This document shows positions 63,542 through 64,000 of a stretch of DNA of 64,000 nt, in pieces. The first letter of the stretch is position 1. Each line of letters opens with the position of its first letter. The notes beneath the pieces are model-generated. The model was not told the DNA's origin. It saw only the letters and a program-made list of their open reading frames with translations, and made no database searches. The position numbers were made by a program, and so were the translations under genes. This DNA comes from a virus (Duplodnaviria; Caudoviricetes), in IMG/VR virus record IMGVR_UViG_3300021387_000147. One strand, 5' to 3'.

Positions 63542-63728
63542 GTTTCTTATGGGTATTTCCGGCGATAATCAAATCGGCAAGCGGAGAAATAACAGCAATC
63601 TGATAGAGCATATTAGGCCAACGCTTTTTCATATTGTCAATAAAATGGACGGCAGTGAAAATATCGTCAGCAGTATTGAACTGAGTTATGGCTCCGTCCA
63701 GAATTTGGTATTTGATTTGAAAGTGCAT
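63537..63728 (-). CDS. single small gene between two promoter cassettes
   Basis: GAGG RBS; stop codon inside box 63524. Confidence 0.7.
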   Translation of the reverse strand: MHFQIKYQILDGAITQFNTADDIFTAVHFIDNMKKRWPNMLYQIAVISPLADLIIAGNTHKKL

Positions 63729-63734
63729 TGTTTG

Positions 63735-63856
63735 ACCTCTTTTATTTTAACAAGTAAAATATACCAAAAAAGAAGGGTCTTGGAAACCCTTCTTTTTGTA
63801 AAATTATGTTTACAATAGCCAATTTTTTGGCTTTTTTATGTAAATTTTTGTTTACT
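63735..63856 (-). promoter_or_regulatory. boxed promoter cassette 11
   Basis: Boxes 63797 and 63839 (1 mismatch); TTTCCA-17-TATATT; AGAAGGGT/ACCCTTCT hairpin over the -35. Confidence 0.88.
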
Positions 63857-64000
63857 TTTCTTCTTTCCAGCGTCCACAAGATTTGAATTCTGGGCATGAA
63901 TGTAAATATTGACAATTTGGAACTAGAACATCCTCAAATTCTGGATTTGTTTTTAGGACTTCATCTCTAATCATGCGCATAATTTTCTGTGCATTTTTTG

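Noticed and set aside
6254-63856. Repeats as a CRISPR array or IS ends
   Set aside because: Dispersed, not regularly spaced; no cas or transposase gene; they match promoter geometry.
1-64000. Stop-codon reassignment or tRNA genes
   Set aside because: Known enzymes are full length in the standard code and short ORFs have coupled starts and RBSs; no cloverleaf seen by eye (tRNAscan-SE would be decisive).

Overview
AT-rich, gene-dense segment of a large lytic phage with T4-like traits (sigma70-type promoters, TATAAATA late-type motifs, a gp17-like fragment). It covers an early/accessory region: roughly 150 mostly short ORFs, nearly all on the minus strand, with one plus-strand island at 11473-14283. 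No core structural or replication genes, tRNAs or CRISPR arrays were recognised. Recognisable cargo: RNA repair enzymes (RtcB, Rnl1-type ligase, PNK-like kinase, CCA-adding enzyme), an HD hydrolase of the SpoT/Mesh1 type, PncB, an AroQ chorismate mutase, Nudix, deaminase, CoaE-like kinase, ClpP, an SPFH protein, a DNA methyltransferase, an AbaSI-like nuclease, glycosyltransferase/DUF1919 genes, and a type IV pilin-like protein whose N-terminus suggests a Fibrobacter host (inference from recall). The strongest unexplained structure is non-coding. Eleven promoter cassettes carry 18 copies of the palindrome TGTAAA-N6-TTTACA. The proximal copy lies 10 nt upstream of the -35 (9 nt in one case), second copies are spaced at whole helical turns (32/42/52-53/73 bp), and five upstream genes stop at the same TAA inside the palindrome. 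Other highlights: a shared MNLNEAKQILKNAGY peptide on six late-type genes, an 11-gene tandem paralog array, leaderless promoters fused to terminators, and a structured 460-bp non-coding locus.
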